NCBI GenBank assembly: GCA_027604505.1
Contig: JADIIX010000064.1
Span: 1 to 64,000 of the forward strand
Direction of reading: 5' to 3'
Source: Gonapodya sp. JEL0774
Taxonomy: Eukaryota
Length of the DNA stretch: 64,000 nt
Positions 25,030 to 40,446 of the stretch are shown in pieces. The notes under the pieces were generated by a model, which worked only from the letters and a program-made list of their open reading frames with translations, did not search any database and was not told the DNA's origin. Position 1 is the stretch's first letter. Each line of letters starts with the position of its first letter. The translations under genes and the position numbers were made by a program.

Positions 25030-27563
25030 CTACAGAGGCAGCTCAAAGTTAACATTCACGCCGGCCTTGCGTGCCATACCAACAATGGAAGCTAGGGACA
25101 CAGCCTTCTGGGCGGCTTCGTCGAGGTCGTCAATGGCGAACATCCGGAGCCCAGACTGTGCAATGATTTTCTTGCCAGTTTCAACTTCAGTACCTGAAAC
25201 AGACATGAAATGAATACGTTAGACGTAAGAAGGAGTGTTTATCGAAGATCAAACAAACAGCAGTCGACTCTGAAAAAAACTCACCCTGCAATCTCACAAC
25301 GAGGGGAATCCGCAGACCCAGTTGGTTTACAGCATTGATGATACCCTGTGCAATGACGTCACACCTCATGATACCGCCGAAGATGTTGACCAGAATGGCA
25401 GATACGTGGGGGTCGGAGGAAATGATTTTGAAGGCCTCGGTAACCTGTTCAGCGTTGGCACCACCGCCGACGTCGAGGAAGTTGGCTGGGTCACCGCCGT
25501 GGAGCTTGATGATATCCATGGTGGCCATGGCGAGACCAGCTCCATTGACTGTAGAGGTGGCGCGAGAATCTGAATTCCGGACTCTGAGTACGAGTGCGCG
25601 TCAATACTTTACAACTTACCCAGGCAACCGATGTTTCCCTCGAGGCCAATGTAGTTGAGGTTCCACTTGGTTGCGGCGACCTCACGTGGGTCCTCCTGGG
25701 TGAAGTCCCGCATGGCGAACACCTCCTTCTGCCGGAAGTCAGCGTTGTCGTCGAAGTTGATCTTGGCATCCATGCAAACGACTGAGGTGATGCAAGTTCC
25801 ACGATGAGTGATGTTGTCGGGGTCACACGGTCGTGGATGTGTCACCTTTGTCAACTGTTCATAAGAGGCAAGCAAACAACACGTACCTTCTCCGGTCGAC
25901 ACTTCAGACAGGGGGTTAATCTCAACCATGGTGGCGTCTTTCTCGGCAAAGAGCTTGTAGAGTTTCATGAAGGTTTCCGCTGCCTGCAGGGTGCGCGGAG
26001 ATCTGTCAGATTGTCCAAGTACAAGCAGAAAGCACCAAAAAACAATTGTCCCGCGATCTAACGTTTGACTTTTGGACTAGACGAGCCCTGCTTCTCCTCC
26101 TAGAACAACAACGTACCTGATCGGCTGCCTTCTGGGAGAATCCAATCTTTGCCGCAATATCCAAGGCAATGTCCTTGGTCAGTCCAGTGGCCATCTTCAA
26201 CGGCACTGTGACGATAGCTTCGGGGTTCTCCGCGGCAACGCCCTCAATGTCCATCCCCCCCTGAGAAGAAGCAATGACTACTGGACCCTGAGACTGACGG
26301 TCGAGGAGGACAGCGAAATAGTACTCTTTGCGCGAGTAAAGGCGCTCGCAGAGGAACACCTTTATTGAACCAATGGGAGGTGGGGCGCGTTGGCGTGGGG
26401 AGGAGATGTTTGAGCAGGATGAAGCGAGACGCGAAGCGAAGGAGACCCACGGCGTTGCAAATGCGGCCGGCAGCACCCGTTTGCTTGGTGAAGAGCTTGT
26501 GGCCGAGCATCTTCTCGGAGAACATTTTGGCCTCCGTGGGGCTGGTGAAATGAAGTCACATGTTAGCAGCAGCACCACACGCGACTTTGAACAGGGATCC
26601 GATTGACAATTAGTGGCGACTCATCAATCACGGAGAGCCATCAGCAAGAAGATTGCCACTTGCGCATAGCATGGAGTACTTGCTCCAAGAGCGGATTTCT
26701 TTCATGCTTTCACAGATTCTGCCGGTGCTCCCACCCGAGGCAGCGCATGTCAACGCAACCATCTGGTATACTCACGAGTAGACAATCCTGACACCACCCT
26801 TCAGACCCGAGTCCCAGACACCCTTACCACGACCACCCGCCAAGACTTGAGCCTTGATCACCATGTCCTGAGACGGAGGATGAAGATGACACGAGAACAC
26901 AAAAAATGTCAGAGCCTATGACAATATGCAAATTGGGGAAAGACTCTTACATCGGTCCCCAGCTTTCCAGCAGCCTCATAGGCTTCCGCGGCAGTCTTTG
27001 CCACGATTCCACGGGGAGTCTTGACGCCGTACTTGTTGAGTAGGCCCATAGAGTAGTGTTCGTGGATGGAGAGGAAGCGAGATTGTTGGCTGAGGCGGAT
27101 GGGTTGGCCAACAGCCTAGTTGCATGTGTGAGGTAAGGGAATGGTGTCAGGGGAGTCATAGCGGAACCGGGAATGAAAAACAGACGTGGGATCTGAATCA
27201 AGACTTCATTCATTCCGCCCGAATTCTCTTGTGTACAGTTATAAAGGCAATGTCCCAAAGAATGCCTTGACATCGTGCGTCCAGAGAAAAGGTGGGGGAT
27301 TTGGAACTGAGCTAGAAACACCATTGGAGCCCTGCATTCGAAGCAAACAAGCTGCGCGTTTCCAATTTTTCTCTGCAATTTCAATGTTTCCTGCAGCTGA
27401 TGTTCCCGAATCTCTCCAACCCGGATGGATCACCCAATCCACCGCGCCAACTGTCTTGAGCCACGAGTTGGAGTAAACTCGCGAACTCAACAGTGCCAAC
27501 TCCTGAGAGCGCTCGCCGTTTCCGCACCTTCGCTACGACGGATCGGGATGCTCGCTGGAACAT
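25030..27563 (-). CDS. LSC2: Succinyl-CoA ligase beta subunit, mitochondrial
   Basis: [67 protein letters not shown]-terminus VNFELPL*. Confidence 0.96.
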
Positions 27564-28127
27564 GGTGGTGAAAGTGAGTGCGGTGTTGGGACGCGACCGG
27601 AAACCAACACTTGGAAAGGGGGGGGGTGCATTCTCTGCCACAGAAAGTCGTTCCGACAACCGATGACGATATGACGCTCGCACAACACTTTTCGCAGACG
27701 TAAACACAAATTAATAGCGCCCATATTTCCTACAATACAGGTACGTTCACAACTCAGCCCAGGTGCGAGAGATCAAGAACGCCATCACCTTTTAGTTTTG
27801 GTGCACAAGACTTTATGAGCCGACGATGTACCTGCCAGCATCTTTTCTTCGTAGAATTGGAAAGAAATTAGGGCCTCCCATGATGTCGGGCAAACACAGT
27901 CCCACTGTACGTTCGGCTGGGATTATAGACAGAATCTATGGCAAGCTGTGCGTGGCGGTTGTTAATGGCCAGGAATCGATGGTTTTGGAAAGAGTGCAGA
28001 ACGAAATGGGGGGTTGGATATTACGGTGTGAGAAGAGCCGGAAGTGATATCGCCAATTTCATCCCGGGGTCACCAAACCACTCAAACAGGGATCCTCTGG
28101 ATATAGCAAAAGCTTTTCTAAGTCAAC

Positions 28128-29105
28128 ATGACTGCAGGCCCCACCAATATTGGCGTCGTCGTAAGTCACCCAAGACGTTCTCCTGGGCTTGGTAACCCCA
28201 TTTCTTCGGTCTGATTCACTTCATACTTCATGTAAGCTATTTGATGGATTCGAACTTCTCGACACCTTTGGCCCGCTGGAGTTCCTCGTGAGCTATTAGC
28301 GCTCAGTGATGGTCTGGATGGGTTCTCGTTCCAACTTTCCCCCGATCAGAATTATATGCCCAACGTGCGCCATTTTATCATAACTGAAACCGGCGAGCCG
28401 GCCTCTATCTGGCTTGGTGGGCTCGTTCCTGGCTCAGCTCCTGTGAAGGCAACCACGGTTGTCGCTGATTACTCGTTTGAGACCGCTCCACAAGTGGACA
28501 TCCTGCTGTTGCCAGGTGGCCACGGAACATTCATGGAGGAACGTAACGAAAAGATGATTGAGTTTTTGAGGGAGAGGGGAATGAAGGCAAAACATATTCT
28601 CACAGGTGCATAGTATCTACCATCGTGACATGATCTGCCCGGAAGTGTTCATCCACAATTGCCGTCCACAGTCTGCACCGGGTCTCTCCTTTTTGCCAAA
28701 ACCGGCTTACTCAGTGGCCGTGCGGCAACGTCCAACAAGAACGTCATGTCCATGCCTGAGCGCTTTTCGTCAAAAGCCTACCCTGGGATCGAGTGGAAGC
28801 CCCGTGCACGGTGGGTTCACAGTCCTCCTAAGGAGGAAGGTACTCCAGATGTTTGGACGAGCTCCGGGGTGGCTGCTGGTACGTCTAAGTGGTCATCATC
28901 CTTTTTGCACTGCTTGTAACCGTGTGGATGCTCTTCACATCATGTCATTCTCATTGCTTTTGACTGTTCAGGTATGGACATGACAATTGCTTTCATCCGC
29001 GAAGTTTGGGGTGATGCTGCGGCGCGCGGAATCGCAAAGGGGAGTGAGTATTCACCACAGGAAGACTCATCAGCAGATAGTTTCGCCACCGTGTATAATT
29101 TATGA
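28128..29105 (+). CDS. DJ-1/PfpI family protein (isonitrile-hydratase-like subgroup)
   Basis: LFDGFELLDTFGPLEFL, DILLLPGG, VCTGSLLFAKTGLLSGRAATSNK, WTSSGVAAGMD. Confidence 0.9.
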
Positions 29106-29317
29106 TGAAAAACGTGAAAGTTTTCAACAGTGAAATGTTTTATTTTTTTTTGAGCCTTCTGACAGGCGAGGTGTTGCCAAGAGGTTTGTAATATCCGACG
29201 CGGTCTGGTGTCTCCCGCACATTTCAAAACGCTTCTGCCTTTCCAAGCGCAGTTATGGCCTCTCAAGGAGAATCTCCATTGCATTCGGAGACTAACGGAG
29301 ATGCTCATACCAGTTTA

Positions 29318-31996
29318 ATGGTGAGGAGTGGAGCGAACGAGGACAGCGGGACAACGGTCCGATTCGACATCACATCACCCAAGTTCTCTACGAAACTTTA
29401 GAACAATGCTTCGAATTTGTCTGAAAGGGGACTGGATAATGAGGCTGCCGTGCTCCAAAACGGTCCTGTTACTGCTGCGAAGGATGGAAAAGCTGCCGAA
29501 AATGGAAACTCCATGACTCCAGACGGCGCAGGTCCCATCCAGCTTTACTCGACGGGACGATTGATGATAGTCCTCTTTTCGCTGGCGCTGTGCGTGCTCC
29601 TGGCCGCTCTGGATGTTACGAGTAAGTGGGATTGCTTTCACTTACTTGAACGCTTCTTACCCCCATGTTTTCAGTCGTGTCTACCGCGCTGCCCACCATC
29701 GGTTTGTGCTCTATACGATCTCGCTGCTTTCTGTACGCTTATCTGATGCATATATTACCCACCAGTATCGGATTTGAAAGGATTTGACAAGCTCTCTTGG
29801 GTCGGGATATCATATCTGCTCACTTCGTGCGTAGCTGCTGATTTAAGTTCCGTAACTTGATCGAATTGACATTCGGTTGTTCTTGCAGCACCGCCCTACA
29901 GCCAGTGTATGGCAAACTTTCGGATATTTTCGGGAGAAGGCCAATTCTCTTCTTCTGCATATTCATGTTCCTCCTCGGCTCCGCCATGTGTGGAGTATCT
30001 CAAACTATGGATATGTTGATCGCGAGCCGGGCTATTCAGGGCATCGGAGGTATTGTCTTGCTGAGGTTTCATTGTATACCATGATTGCATCCGCACTTCC
30101 CGAGTTACTTCTTCAGGAGGTGGCCTCATTGCCCTGATTATGATTATCATCTCTGAGATAGTTAGCATGAAAGAGCGCGGAAAGTATCAGGGAGTAAGTA
30201 CTGCTTTTCCAAATCATCGGGAGTCCAATATTAAAAGTGACAACATGAATCGATAGATGATTGGCGCTTCTTGGGGCCTCGCGTCCGTCATCGGACCTCT
30301 TCTTGGAGGAGTATTCACGGATAAAGTTTCGTGGAGGTGGTCCTTCTTTGTGTAAGCTCGATGGCGGATAAATCGCAAGCCACAACACACAACTGAGCCT
30401 CTCGGTTCATCAAGAAATCTGCCTCTGGGTGCTGTCGCGTCTGTGTTCATTTTCGTCTTCTTGAAGCTTCCTCATCCTAAAGGTGATTCTCTAATCTTCA
30501 AAAGCACTACCCGTTCGGTGACTTACAATGCTTCCTCGTGCCCCCGATTTCAGGTGACTTGAAGGAAAAGATTGTTCGGATTGATTTTGCTGGTATCATT
30601 GCAATTGTGGGAGGAAGTTTATTTGTTCTGTTGGCGCTTGAGTGGGGCGGTGAGTACAACGTCAGGTTGTAGTATCCCTCCTTGAGTTTACTATTCAATC
30701 AATCTTCATAAGGAAACCAATATCCTTGGTCCTCACCGTTGGTGATCAGCTTTTTGATAATTGGGTTTCTGTTCTATGCAGTATTTGTTTATATTGAACT
30801 CAAGGTTGCAAAGGAACCAATTATTCGTACGTCCCGCGTTTTTACACCGTCCATTGTTCACTCGATACTAAGCGATGTGGCCCTTCATACTTAGCGATGA
30901 GTATGTTTCAGTATCGGAATTTTTGGGCCTCAATGATTGTCGGATTTGTCAGCGGCTTTATCTTACTCGGGTGCAGTTACTTTCTCCCGCTCTGGTTCCA
31001 ATATGTTCGTGAGGACTGTGAGTACATCTATTCACGTTTTATGAATCTCTGAACTTAAATCTCTGAACTAATTATTGACTCACACATGCGGTCTTCCAGC
31101 GGCGACAAGTTCGGGTCTTGCCATCCTCCCGTTCATGCTGGGAACAGTCATACTTTCCATTGTGTCAGGTATCTTAGTCACCAAGACCGGAAAATACATA
31201 CCCTTCATTCAATTTGGTATGGTAAGACAACAGTTTACCTGAAGGTGTGCAGTAGACATTCTCACTCGGATTCCTGAATATCCTCGAAGGCTTTGCTGGT
31301 TCTCTCTGCCGCCCTCATCTCCACATGGGACTTGCCTACAGCCAGCGCTGTTGAGATTGTGGAGATGCTCGTTTTGGGCGTCGGAATGGGGTGTGCTCTC
31401 CAGACGGTCCTAATCGCCATTCAGGCAGCCGTCCCGGCAAAGTTTATTGGCCCATCCACGTCAGCAATGATTTTTGGGAGGAGTATGGGAGGTGTCTTTT
31501 CCCTTGCCATGTTCGGGACGGTTCTGAACAATGTCGCCAGTAACGAGATTATTTCGGCGCTTGGACCTGACAGCAACTTTATTGGGAGCAACCAGTCCCG
31601 CGCGGGATTAAGCCAGGCACCCCCAGAGGTGAAGACAATTGTTCTTCAAGCGTACCGGTAAGTTCCGCCGTTACAGTGTTGTCCTGGGACTCTTCATATG
31701 AACCTTTTTGTGAATTTTCCGTCATAGCGATGGCATACATTTTGTTTGTGAGAGTCACGTTTGTTGTTATCTCTTCTGATACCCTTCGTACTAAAGAAAA
31801 TCTCGATTTATTACAAGGGGTCGGTCTCGCCCCTCTGCTTGGACTTGGCTTAATAGCCTCCCTCTTGCTCCGACACATTCCTTTGCGGACTGCCATTGAT
31901 ATCAAGCTTGATGACCAGAGCAAACATTCGGGTACACCGGCAGCCGCCAGTGACGAGACAGCAGACGACAGTACAGCCACTCTGGCAGCACATTGA
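29318..31996 (+). CDS. MFS transporter, DHA2 (drug:H+ antiporter, 14-TM) family
   Basis: [72 protein letters not shown]. Many short exons; first exon probably only ATG at 29318-29320. Confidence 0.92.
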
Positions 31997-32221
31997 TGCG
32001 GATAATACAGCATTTAATATCGGAGCACATCGTCCCACATAATCTTGCCGCTTTGCACGAGTTCGATCATGTAATGTAATAACACGGTGCCAGCATTTAG
32101 GCGATACTCCATTGTTGGAGTGCGTTGGGTCATCAATACTTACGAAACAGTCACTTCGTACATAATCCATATCAGTCCTGGAGCCCAGCTCTTCACCCAA
32201 CAACGAAGCCCCCAAATTTCG

Positions 32222-34043
<1,822 letters not shown>

Positions 34044-34246
34044 TGGTATTATTGTTTTTTGCGAATCTTGGATGGCTTCTGATTCGGTCATAAATGTAAT
34101 TCGAAGTACATACATGATGGACAGCAAGCCATTTTAGGGAAAGACGTACAAGAAACTTATATCCTCCACAACCAGCAGTGTAAAGCCACCTGCCACCGCA
34201 TTACACTTCCCGCGAAAAACATCAAGTGTTTCTGTCGATCACAGCA

Positions 34247-35638
34247 ATGCCGGTGCCCTTTCTTCCCGACGAAGTCCTTGCAACCATATTCAAGAGTGTT
34301 AGCCCCCGCCTTCACTTTTCGCTTCTCCCACTCGTCTCCTGGCGCTGGCGGCGACTCTCCGCTTCTACCTTAGGCCAGAACGGCCTGGTCGCGCTAGAAG
34401 TACATTTGCGGCCTCCCTATCCTGAAAATTCAGATTATGCTCCGAAATACAAACTGGGCAGAGGGATCGAGTGGTTTGACAAGCCCAAGATACTATCGTA
34501 TGAAGGCCTTGTTGACGATAAAAGAACAATTGTCGTCAAAGGAAGCGCGGTTGGGAGGGTTGTGGTCCTCATTTCAAACGATGGTCTCTCGAGTGGGGGC
34601 GGCAGCGTCAAGTGGACTCACGAAAATCTGGCCCGATTTGTGGCTTCCGAGTGTGGCAAGGGCCTCGATTGGAAACGAATACGATTGTTGGTGAAATCCG
34701 TGTCGTGTCGGATTGCTGACTTGTTGGAAGAACACCGGCAACATTCCTGGCGCGGACCGGTCGGTGATTATCATCTTCACCAGTTTTGGAGAGTTTGCGA
34801 GTACATTCAGTTCTGTGAGCCGCTATCACTTTTAGTGGAGCCCTGGCTCCTTCAACGCATGGCAGACGACAAAAAAAATTACATGTTCCAATCAGTTCAA
34901 ACCTTGCTTTACACCGATTGTTTGCGCGAGTTGGATGAGCCGCCACTGGAGAATGAACTTGTCACAAAAGGGCTCGTGAAGTTATTTCCGGGAATCAAGA
35001 CCTTCGTCGTGGAGAGTTCGGACGATGACTGGTTGCAACCGCACTTTCTGTCCCCCGTGTTCAGGGAGCAAATCGAAACATTTAATGTACGAACCAAGAT
35101 CTTGGATTTTAATCTCGTAGATGAGGGCGACGACCACGAGTATGTTGCCATTTGGAACGCCACAGAACACTTTCCAAATATGACCACTCTGGGGACTTTA
35201 GTCATTCCTCCTTCGCATGGGGATATCTTTCTGGAAGATTTTGATGGCAAGAGCTCCCTGCAGAATATCACTCATCTATGGCTCGCAGTTGATTGGCAGT
35301 GGAATTGCCTCGACAACCTTGCTACTGGGATGGGTCAGCACATTCCCCACCTACAGGAACTTCACTTGGAAGTGTATCGCGCGAACAGACATGACGAGAG
35401 TGATAGAGGTGTTATTGGTGACGCATGGAAGAGATTCGTATTGTCGGTGGCTGCCCAAAAATTCGTGATATCACAATGCTGTATGACGGGCCAGAGCCAT
35501 CGCAATTGGTTTGCAAACATCCTGAAAGAGACATGCAACAGCTGTGGGAAGTCGCTTATTGTCGAGGAACATTGCAGCCTCGGGGATCTCAAGTTATGTG
35601 ATTATCCACATTGTATGGTTGAGGAAAGTTTGCCATGA
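34247..35638 (+). CDS. F-box protein with probable LRR-like C-terminus (intronless)
   Basis: N-terminal LPDEVLATIF...LPLVSWRWRRLS F-box. LRR-like segments FPGIKTFVV, FPNMTTL, LQNITHLWL, IPHLQELHLEV. Confidence 0.75.
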   Translation: MPVPFLPDEVLATIFKSVSPRLHFSLLPLVSWRWRRLSASTLGQNGLVALEVHLRPPYPENSDYAPKYKLGRGIEWFDKPKILSYEGLVDDKRTIVVKGSAVGRVVVLISNDGLSSGGGSVKWTHENLARFVASECGKGLDWKRIRLLVKSVSCRIADLLEEHRQHSWRGPVGDYHLHQFWRVCEYIQFCEPLSLLVEPWLLQRMADDKKNYMFQSVQTLLYTDCLRELDEPPLENELVTKGLVKLFPGIKTFVVESSDDDWLQPHFLSPVFREQIETFNVRTKILDFNLVDEGDDHEYVAIWNATEHFPNMTTLGTLVIPPSHGDIFLEDFDGKSSLQNITHLWLAVDWQWNCLDNLATGMGQHIPHLQELHLEVYRANRHDESDRGVIGDAWKRFVLSVAAQKFVISQCCMTGQSHRNWFANILKETCNSCGKSLIVEEHCSLGDLKLCDYPHCMVEESLP

Positions 35639-35760
35639 GATGGAAAGTACTTTTTTGTCCTGAAAGTGTGTTACATAAACGGAAAGGAATAACCGAAGAA
35701 CCTGTGGTCATGTTGGTGTGTTGTGCTGTGGGCTGGAGGATCGTGATCGAGGAAGAGAAA

Positions 35761-37483
35761 ATGACAATTGCTGCTCCCCGAGTTCTGTCGAGCACACTTT
35801 TCGCAGGGGATCCTGCGTCATTTGTCTTCGACATTTCACTCTCGCCTGATGGTTTCAGGTTCGCTGCGTCTGGTCGCACTTCTGCCCCAGCTTCAACCAC
35901 CGAAGGGAAGCAGGAACCGCGACGGCCGTCTAGAATCAAAAAAGATATTGCGAATATTGCATTTCACAACCCCCATTTACTTGATCCCGCAATTCCAAGG
36001 ACGGACTTCATTCTTGTGTATGATGCTGTGACATTGAAGGAGATAGGGCGCTGCTCGGGGCATGTAGACACGATCACGGACTTATCGTTTTCCCCAGTCG
36101 GACCATCGCGCTCAGAATCGTTGCTTGTTTCGTCTTCAAGAGATGGTACTGTGCGTGTGTGGGATTGCCGCGCCCCAGCAACAATGGACCTTGGATCAAT
36201 CGCCCAGGTTTCCCTGATTCCCTGTCCAGAGCCGCTTATGTCGCATTCGCTAAACTGCAATGGCCAACTTCTTGCAGCTGGTACAGAGAAAGTCGGTGAA
36301 GACGCACGCATTCGATTGTGGGACGTGCGCCAGGCAGGAGTGACGAAATACAATGGAGAAGACGAAGGGACGGACAAGCAAGTCTTTGCGAGAGGACTTG
36401 TTGGAGACTTTGCAGATTCACACGGGGATGACATTACTCAGGTGAGTTGTTCAATGACCATTTCTGCCAATAGCATTTCCATCAAGCGATGAAGTGAAGA
36501 TTTGATTGAGGGCTACAATTACCTCTTTCAACATGTTAAAATTCACCCGTCTCACATTCAACATCCACCATCGTTTAATCCTACCGCGGCCAGGTTCGGT
36601 TCCACCCCACCCACCCTCTGAAACTCCTGACAGGAGGAACAGACGGTATCTTTAACATCTTCCACATCGCCGGTGCCACAAACGCATCTCCCAATGATTC
36701 TGACTCCAACTCTGACGATGACGCCATGGATACGTCTTCCCCCACCTCTCCGACGGGAAAGCTTTTGTATGACGAAGACGAGAGTATCGCCTACACTACG
36801 AACGCCGACTCGGTGCACAGGTTGGCATGGTTTGGAGCTGATGCGAGTGGGTGGTACGTTGCCTGCTTAACACACGTGGAGACGATTGGCGTGTGGAACG
36901 AGGAGGTGGGTGCTGTAATATTGCAATTTGCCACCGATACCAACGCATGACACGCGAACTAAGAATGTTGACACATTCCGTTAATTGCAACTTATTCTCT
37001 GTGAATTTGATACATGCAAAAGGTGGATAGCCTTGTGTCGTTTGGTGACGTACGCCGAAGCAAGGACACCATAACCGGAACACCTGCAGTGGACTATCTA
37101 GTCGGCACCGATTTCGACACAAACGAGGGCCGATTACGTGTAATAGGAGGCTCAAACGAGTGAGTGACACCTTCTTCGCAGGCGAGAGCTGATTGCACAA
37201 ATCTTAACAAAGATTGCTATATTGTGGCTTGATGCAAAAATTTTAGAGGCGAAGTAACCATATTTAACGTCAATCTCGACTCCCTTGATCCCATGTGCGT
37301 CCTACGCGGGGGACACAAGGAGCTTGTGCGAGGGTTTGGCCGGTGGCAGGTTGGTAAATTTGACTTCGCTGCATGTGCATCACCACTTCAATGATGGCTA
37401 ATGGCAGAACTTTGTGGAACAAATTTTAGACCGGTATGGTGGTGACGGGAGGGGAGGATGGGAGGATTTGCATGTGGAGTTGA
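35761..37483 (+). CDS. WD40-repeat protein, WDR89-like
   Basis: GHVDTITDLSF, SSSRDGTVRVWD, IRLWDVR, DSHGDDITQ|VRFHP..LLTGGTDG, GGHKELVR, TGGEDGRICMW. Confidence 0.85.
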
Positions 37484-37685
37484 TCCTTTGTAACAATGCG
37501 CAATGGAATAGAACAGCGTTTGTAACAACATGTAAATTTGCGATTATTGCGATCTACAGACATCTGAAATTGGATTAATCTACGTGAAGAGGGTTCAAGG
37601 GAGTGGATGTTTATAAATGTTTTATTCGATCGTTGAGGATAGGTCACACCAGCGGAACGTCCTGTCACAGCGCCTTGTGTGCCAA

Positions 37686-39685
37686 TCATATGCAAAAAAC
37701 TCCCAAGTCAGCCATTGGATCCATACCCTTGTTCTCTTCTTCGTCGTTGGAAAAGCTTGCATCATCCTCTTCGACACCCCATCTGCGGAGCTCTCTGTCC
37801 ACGGTAGACCATGCTCCGTGCACCTCCACCTCGGCTCCATCCTCACCGATCAAGGTCGCGCTCGCCTCTGCAGCCAATGGAAGAGGCTCGCTCGGGTTGC
37901 GCAGCGATGCGTCAAACCCTACATAGTTGTCCTCCTCGGTGTCACTCTCGTCCTCTTCGTGGTACGCGTCCCAGTCGCGACGCTCCCGTGCCACACGAGC
38001 GTTAGCACGTTCAAAGTGGGCATGGAGGTGCGCATTGGTCTCGTCTGGCTTTTCTGAGAGGATTGCGTGGCCGGAGCCTTGGAAGATGACCAGAGGAGCA
38101 CGGAGGTGGTGGGCGAGGTACGTCTGACAGAAGAGTGGAGTTCAGATCAAGACTGAGAGCCATGTAAAGTTACCGGCCAACGCACAGAGTTTTCAGGTCG
38201 AACGAGGTTGTCCCACGTTCCTGTCATTACAAGCGTCTCAACTCCGAGCTTTCGCATCTTTTCGAGACGACCTGCGCTGAGGTGGTGAGCGCCAGCAGCT
38301 ATGAGATTTGGGAGATGAAGTGGATGCGGAATCGGCAATTAGAGACTGGAACCTTTTCATTGTAACTCGCAACGTAACGACGTACCTGCAAGTTGCCCCA
38401 AGGCTCCTTGAGGAGGCTGCTCCGGAACCATTGATGCCTTCACGGCAAACCGCTTTTTGGATCAAAAATCAGTCAGCACACTTTATCGGTAATGGAACGA
38501 ACGTGGGTCCCGAACGCACCTCGTATACCCAATCGCTGTTTGTCTTATACGGATTCCCATCCGAACCACGCGCGCACACACCAAAGCTTGCCGATGGCGC
38601 CTCTTGGAGCCATTTTGCTGGGAAGAGGGTTGGGAGCATCACCTCGATTCGCTCGCTAGTATGTATGATATCGATGGAAGTATATCCAAAGTTTGATGGG
38701 AGCAGATAAACACTCACTGGGCGTTCCTGGTCACGGCCATGCGAGGAATATTAAAAAGAGCGCCTAAAGGAGGCAGGCCGCGACCGGCGGTGGTGGAAAT
38801 GAGAGAGAATGAGGCGAAGGTGCGAGGAGGGGCAAGGAGGGCGAGCTCTTGGAGAATCTATGGAAGAGGACCAATGACAAGAGAGGTACACAGATTATTA
38901 GCAGAGTCCTCACATAAAGTTTGCAAAAAATGATTCACCATTCCACCCATAGAGACGCCGACAAGGTGAACACCAGTGGTCCATTCAGGCCCCAACGCCG
39001 ACATGAGCTCATACACATCAACTGCCATTTCCGAGGTAGAGTAGAATCCAGAGGGAGCGGAGGAGAAGCCGACTGGAGAGCATTGAAACAAGAGCGAGTC
39101 ACATGAGAGGTTGGTCAACAACTAGGTGGAAGAGATCGGGGTGTACCTCCACGATTATCAAAGCACAGTGCTTGGTAATCAGGTTGACTTCCGAAGTACC
39201 TGACCTGGTGGAAGGGGGGAGGTCAAGAACAAACTTCATTGAGTGAATGAGGATCTGCTCACTGCCACTTGCAGTCCAAAAGCAGCCAATATCAAAATTC
39301 GAATCGTATTAACGTACCTGATACTCCCACTGCTGACAGGTCGTGTTGAGTCCCACTATGATGAGGTTGAAGAATGGGAGACATGTCAGCAATTTCCAAC
39401 GAATTCGAGCCCTGAAAACGGATATCACCCGATCAGCGACTCACTGATAAAGAGAACTTTCTTCTTTCCTGTTCCCCAAAGCTCGTAGTAGAGGCTGACG
39501 GGCTCTGGTTTTCGACTTTTTCCTACAACAACCTTCCCAACTTTTTCGGGCCTCATCGCCATCATCACCGCTGCCTCTTCGGGTGTTGGTCGAGGTTTAT
39601 CGATATTTGCCATGGACCGAGTTTCGGGAGGCATGTTGGAGGGAAACGAGTTCAGTGTGATAGGGGAATGTGCGGGGGCAGACAT
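37686..39685 (-). CDS. Alpha/beta hydrolase with acidic C-terminal tail
   Basis: FDNRGVGFS, HLVGVSMGGM (GxSxG), GTWDNLV (Asp), GSGHAI (His). Start could be 39685 or a downstream ATG. Confidence 0.88.
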
Positions 39686-40446
39686 GTGATTTCCAGCTAT
39701 GGTCACGGAGGATTCGACGATCGATTCATGAATACATATCCATTGGATAACCACATATGCTAGTAAACTACAGCTATGCTACATAAATGAATAAAGTTTC
39801 TGTGGAAAGGGATAGCACTAATATTAATATTATTATCTCCGTCCATTCCAGCACCCGCATGCGGCTTCTTGGCAGCCCAACAGTGCTCTTGTCCGCACTG
39901 GAATGGGATGCAAGAATGCTAGCATGCTCCAAGGGAGCGCAGCAACAGTCCAGAACTTCCACCTGGATGCGATGCCGATTTCGATGTTGAACAATAATAT
40001 TTTAGGAACCAATATTAATGGAAAAGCACTAGAAAAACGTTCATATCTGCAAATTCTTTCCTTCAAGCTGAATAGTGTTCGATAATTTGTGATGACGTGT
40101 GGAGGACGAGTTGCTATGAGCTGGACCGGCAACAAGGGTCTGGTCCTGCTTGTTCATAAGGCACAAACTTGTTCGAGGTTTTGACAGAACCCAAGTCGCA
40201 AGCTGTTTTAAAAAGTCTTCATCCTACAGCAAAGGGGAATCATTCTTCGCGTACTTTCAATTGGAACAGAACGGCTGAATTCGGCTTGAAAGATAGTTCT
40301 TGAAAGTAAGTTGGTTCTGGAAAGTACGGCAATCAATGTTCAGTCCATTCACGACTGAAATCACAGAAGCTAAAATTTATTCTTCTCCCTCAGTTTCCAT
40401 CCAGCACACTTCCTATCTCACCAATCCCCCCTTTTGATTCCTCACC

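Noticed and set aside
39843..39906. CCATTCCAG/CTGGAATGG stem in the divergent promoter, as a possible ncRNA
   Set aside because: It is a single 9-bp stem with no box motifs, which is compatible with chance.
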